Part shown: in pieces, positions 60,765 to 64,000 of the stretch
How the letters are laid out: the number at the start of each line of letters is the position of its first letter
Numbering within the stretch: the stretch's first letter is position 1
Assembly (NCBI GenBank): GCA_016203455.1
Contig: JACQMR010000009.1
Location: 6,524 to 70,523 of the forward strand
From: Candidatus Wildermuthbacteria bacterium
GTDB taxonomy: Bacteria > Patescibacteriota > Minisyncoccia > Minisyncoccales > UBA10102
Reading direction: 5' to 3'
DNA: 64,000 bases
The notes under the pieces: model-generated
What the model was told of the DNA's origin: nothing
What the model saw: the letters and a program-made list of their open reading frames with translations, nothing else
Database searches by the model: none
Made by a program: the position numbers and the translations under genes

Positions 60765-62028
60765 CAAAACAACATTCAAAAGCGGCCTGCGTCTTCTTAC
60801 CATACCGGAGAAAAACACCACCACCGCAACCGTGGTGGCGCTTGTCGGCACGGGTTCTAAATATGAGGAGAAACGGATTAACGGAGTATCTCATTTTTTA
60901 GAGCATATGTTTTTTAAAGGGACCAAGAACCGCCCGACATCATTTGATGTGGTCGCTCCCATTGAGAATGTGGGCGGAATTTTTAACGCGTTTACCACGC
61001 AGGATGTTACCGGATATTTTGTAAAGGTGGATGCCAGGCATGTGGACATGGCTTTGGAAATCGTGGCGGATATTTTTTTGAATTCCGTGTTCTCGCAAGA
61101 GGAGATAGAAAAAGAAAAAGGCGTGGTTATAGAAGAAATCAACATGAGAAAGGATGCCCCCCAGACCAGAGTATGGGATTTGTGGGAGCAGGTTATTTTG
61201 GGAGATCAGCCGGCCGGGTGGGATGTCGCGGGCACGAAAGAAAGCGTTTCGGGGCTTAAAAGAGAAGATATCGTGGGCTATGTGAACAGCCAATATGTGG
61301 CAAAAAACACCGTGATAGCCGTTGCGGGCAACATTCAAGAAGAAAAGATGGCAGAACGCGTGGAATCTTTATTTCAGAATGTCGCGACCGGAGAATTTAA
61401 ACCAAAGTATCCTGTTGTGCCTTATCGCATGGACCCCCCAGTGTTTTTGGAGACGAGAAAAACCGACCAGACGCATTTGGCTCTTGGGGTTATGGCGCGC
61501 AACGCGTTTCATAAAGACAGATACGCGCAGGATATTTTAGCGGGTATTTTGGGAGACGGCATGAGTTCCCGCATGTTTATGGAAATTAGAGAAAAGATGG
61601 GGCTCGCGTATTATATTTACACGGCGAGCAGGAAGGACCCCGATACGGGATTTCTTGCCACATTTGCCGGGGTTAAGAATGAATACGCGGAACGAGCGGT
61701 TGCGGCAATTGTTGAGGAATATCGCAGAATTAAAGATGTGCGGGTGTCTTCGCAAGAATTGAGAAACGGCAAGGACAAAGCTCTGGGAGGTCTTGCCATG
61801 CGCCTGGAGCCGTCTGAAGTTCAGGCGGAGTTTTATGGCATGCAGGAAGTCCTGGAAAACCGTTTTTTCAGTCCGGAAGAGGTGTATGGTATGATAGAGG
61901 AGGTTACCGTTCAAGATATTCAGCGAGTGGCGCAAGAACTATTTTCCGCGGGCAATTTGCGCCTCGTTGCCGTGGGTCCCGGCGACAACAAGGAATCGTT
62001 AGAAGGACTGCTTTCGCGCGCGACATGA
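60757..62028 (+). CDS. M16 family (pitrilysin-like) zinc peptidase
   Basis: HFLEHMFFKGT (HxxEH). ATG 60757 overlaps the glyQS stop. Confidence 0.8.
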   Translation: MINKTTFKSGLRLLTIPEKNTTTATVVALVGTGSKYEEKRINGVSHFLEHMFFKGTKNRPTSFDVVAPIENVGGIFNAFTTQDVTGYFVKVDARHVDMALEIVADIFLNSVFSQEEIEKEKGVVIEEINMRKDAPQTRVWDLWEQVILGDQPAGWDVAGTKESVSGLKREDIVGYVNSQYVAKNTVIAVAGNIQEEKMAERVESLFQNVATGEFKPKYPVVPYRMDPPVFLETRKTDQTHLALGVMARNAFHKDRYAQDILAGILGDGMSSRMFMEIREKMGLAYYIYTASRKDPDTGFLATFAGVKNEYAERAVAAIVEEYRRIKDVRVSSQELRNGKDKALGGLAMRLEPSEVQAEFYGMQEVLENRFFSPEEVYGMIEEVTVQDIQRVAQELFSAGNLRLVAVGPGDNKESLEGLLSRAT

Positions 62029-63056
62029 ATAACCAAGAAAGAATTTTAGACATATCCTGGAGCACGATCTTTAAGCTTGGAGTCGCGGGCTTGAGCTTTT
62101 ATGTGCTGTTTCTTACAAGAGATATTCTCGTATGGGTTCTGTTCGGGATTATTTTATCTATTCTTGTAAATCCCCTCATTGACATCCTGGCTCGCTTCAG
62201 AGTTCCCCGGCCGGTCGGGGTTATGAGCGTGTATTTGTGTATTTTCGGGCTTTTGTCTTTCATGCTTTGGGGGATGGCGCCTTTTTTCGTGGGAGAAATT
62301 CAGCGGTTTTCCCAGGTTCTGCCCCAGTATTTTGAAACGATTTCTCCCGCCCTGCGCGGTTTGGGCATCGCGGCGTTCTCTGATACTCAAACACTGCTGG
62401 ATTCCGTGGCGGGAAGCGCGGAGAGAATCGCCGCAAACGCGCTGAACGCCCTGTTCTTTATCTTTGGAGGCATTTTTTCAACGATCTTCGTGTTTTCCAT
62501 AGCGGTATTTTTGTCGTTGGAGCATAAAGCCATAGAGCAGGGCATTGTACTGATGTTTCCAAAAAAATACGAGGTGTTCGCGCTAAAACTTTGGGAGAGT
62601 TCCCGCCAGAAGGTTTCAGGATGGTTTGCGTCCCGTCTTCTTGCCTCTTTGTTTGTGGGCGTTGCGACTGCCGTTGCTCTGCTTTTATTTAATGTACAGT
62701 ACCCTTTTTCTTTGGGTTTACTGTCTTTTGTGACAAACTTTGTTCCTATCATCGGGCCATTGATCGCGGGCGTGCTGGTTGCCGGGGTTGTGGCGATGGA
62801 TTCTCTGCTGAAAGCCGGATTCGTTATGCTCGCGTTTTTTCTTATACAGCAGGTTGAGGGGAATATCTTGACCCCCCTGCTTTCAAAAAAATTTTTGGGG
62901 GTGCCTTCCGTTCTGGTGCTTATTTCTCTGGCCGCCGGCGGGGAGTTGTGGGGGATTATGGGCGCCATCATGGCGGTTCCTCTGGCTGGGATTCTCTTTG
63001 AGTTTCTTCGGGATTTTCTGGCAAAAAGAAAAGAAGACGCCGCTTCTGACGCATAA
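62025..63056 (+). CDS. AI-2E/PerM family transporter
   Basis: 343 aa, about 8 TM helices, with the conserved FVPIIGPLIAG segment. Confidence 0.7.
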   Translation: MNNQERILDISWSTIFKLGVAGLSFYVLFLTRDILVWVLFGIILSILVNPLIDILARFRVPRPVGVMSVYLCIFGLLSFMLWGMAPFFVGEIQRFSQVLPQYFETISPALRGLGIAAFSDTQTLLDSVAGSAERIAANALNALFFIFGGIFSTIFVFSIAVFLSLEHKAIEQGIVLMFPKKYEVFALKLWESSRQKVSGWFASRLLASLFVGVATAVALLLFNVQYPFSLGLLSFVTNFVPIIGPLIAGVLVAGVVAMDSLLKAGFVMLAFFLIQQVEGNILTPLLSKKFLGVPSVLVLISLAAGGELWGIMGAIMAVPLAGILFEFLRDFLAKRKEDAASDA

Positions 63057-63061
63057 TAGCC

Positions 63062-63742
63062 GTGGGCACTCTTTTTATTGTAGCCACTCCAATAGGGAAT
63101 TTGGAAGATATGACATTGCGCGCGATTCGCGTCTTGAAAGAGTGCGTTTTTGTGTTATGCGAAGATACCAGGGTAACCCGAAAACTCTTGGACAGGCACG
63201 AAATTACAACGCAGACGATGAGCTATCACCAGCACAGCGCGGAGGAAAAAAAGAAGGAGATCTTCTCTCTTCTTTCGCAAGGCAAAAATCTTGCTCTGGT
63301 AACGGATGCGGGTACTCCGGGCATTTCAGATCCGGGCAACGAGCTGATCTCGTTTTTACTGGAACAATGTCCCGGGTTGAAAATCATGCCCGTGCCAGGT
63401 CCCTCCGCTCTCGCGGCGATTGCGAGTGTTGCAGGCATCCCCATGGATAAGTTTTTGTTTCTTGGGTACCCTCCGCATAAAAAAGGCAGGAAGACATTTT
63501 TTGAAAAGGTCAGTCAGTCGGGATATCCGGTTGTGTTGTACGAGTCCCCGCACCGCATTACAAAGACCCTTGGCGAATTGCGCAACGCCGACCCGGCCTT
63601 TTGCGTCGTGGTTGGCAGAGAGCTGACCAAGGAATTTGAGGAGGTTCTGCGCGGGTCCATAGACAGCGTGCTCGCGGTTCTTGAAGCAAAAAAGAAACTG
63701 TTGGGCGAATTTGTTTTGGTGGCATATAGAAGAGATTCGTGA
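63062..63742 (+). CDS. rsmI: 16S rRNA C1402 2'-O-methyltransferase RsmI
   Basis: GTLFIVATPIGNLEDMTLRAIRVL...CEDTR...DAGTPGISDPG. GTG start. Confidence 0.85.
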   Translation: MGTLFIVATPIGNLEDMTLRAIRVLKECVFVLCEDTRVTRKLLDRHEITTQTMSYHQHSAEEKKKEIFSLLSQGKNLALVTDAGTPGISDPGNELISFLLEQCPGLKIMPVPGPSALAAIASVAGIPMDKFLFLGYPPHKKGRKTFFEKVSQSGYPVVLYESPHRITKTLGELRNADPAFCVVVGRELTKEFEEVLRGSIDSVLAVLEAKKKLLGEFVLVAYRRDS

Positions 63743-63764
63743 TACAAGAACGATATGGAGAAGT

Positions 63765-64000
63765 TTTACATTACAACATCCATTCCGTATGTGAACGGGC
63801 CTCCGCATATCGGTTTCGCGCTAGAGATCATTCAGGCGGATGTTTTGGCTCGGTTTAATCGCAGGAAGGGTTCTGCCGTTTTCTTTTTGACCGGAACCGA
63901 TGAGCACGGGTTAAAGATAGCAAAATCCGCGAAAGACGCGGGAGTTTCTCCGCGGGAGTTTACGGATTCAATTTCCGGAAAATTTCGCGACTTAGCTAAA
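63765..64000 (+). CDS. metG: Methionyl-tRNA synthetase, 5' part (runs off the window)
   Basis: Hand translation gives MEKFYITTSIPYVNGPPHIGFALEIIQADVLARF...LTGTDEHG. Confidence 0.85.

Noticed and set aside
1-64000. CRISPR arrays, rRNA genes, transposases or prophage blocks
   Set aside because: No regularly spaced direct repeats, no rRNA-like sequence, no DDE/HUH transposase or phage structural ORFs were seen. The only recombinase-like gene is the degenerate Xer homologue.

Overview
This looks like the origin-proximal chromosome of a small-genome bacterium. Gene content and style resemble Candidate Phyla Radiation/Patescibacteria, which is an inference from the sequence and not a database result.

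Backbone (housekeeping genes):
- rsmA, then jag-yidC-rnpA-rpmH on the minus strand, two consensus DnaA boxes, and dnaA-dnaN.
- A class A PBP, tyrS, and ruvC-yebC-ruvB.
- A PilB/GspE-like ATPase, tsaE, polA, a histidine kinase with a stand-alone receiver, and holA.
- rpsT, uvrB, ruvA, murE, a NIF3-like gene and tRNA-Arg(CCG).
- greA, PolX, a Nudix hydrolase, infC-rpmI-rplT, smpB plus tmRNA.
- argS, ileS, recO, glyQS, an M16 peptidase, an AI-2E transporter, rsmI and the 5' part of metG.

Unusual content:
1. A ~12 kb reduced type-IV-secretion-like locus (1008-13306) lies directly beside the replication origin. It has two VirB2-like pilins (one fused to five FN3-like repeats), a 1446-aa VirB6-like protein with a coiled-coil tail, a PrgI/VirB3-like protein and a VirB4 ATPase. 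No coupling protein, relaxase or VirB7-11 is visible.
2. The IleRS carries a complete histidine-phosphatase (RHG) domain inserted inside its zinc knuckle.
3. Several short repeat and palindrome families occur in spacers, around a four-helix-bundle (23S-IVS/Avd-like) gene, and in-frame inside rsmA, argS, ileS, uvrB and tsaE.
4. GC-rich structured modules flank yebC and share a perfect 19-nt inverted repeat.
5. A Xer-like recombinase has lost its box II catalytic residues.
6. A G+C-rich minus-strand gene sits inside the T4SS-like locus.
7. Many genes have a -10 hexamer exactly 6 nt upstream of the ATG, suggesting leaderless mRNAs.

No rRNA, CRISPR array or recognisable transposase was seen.
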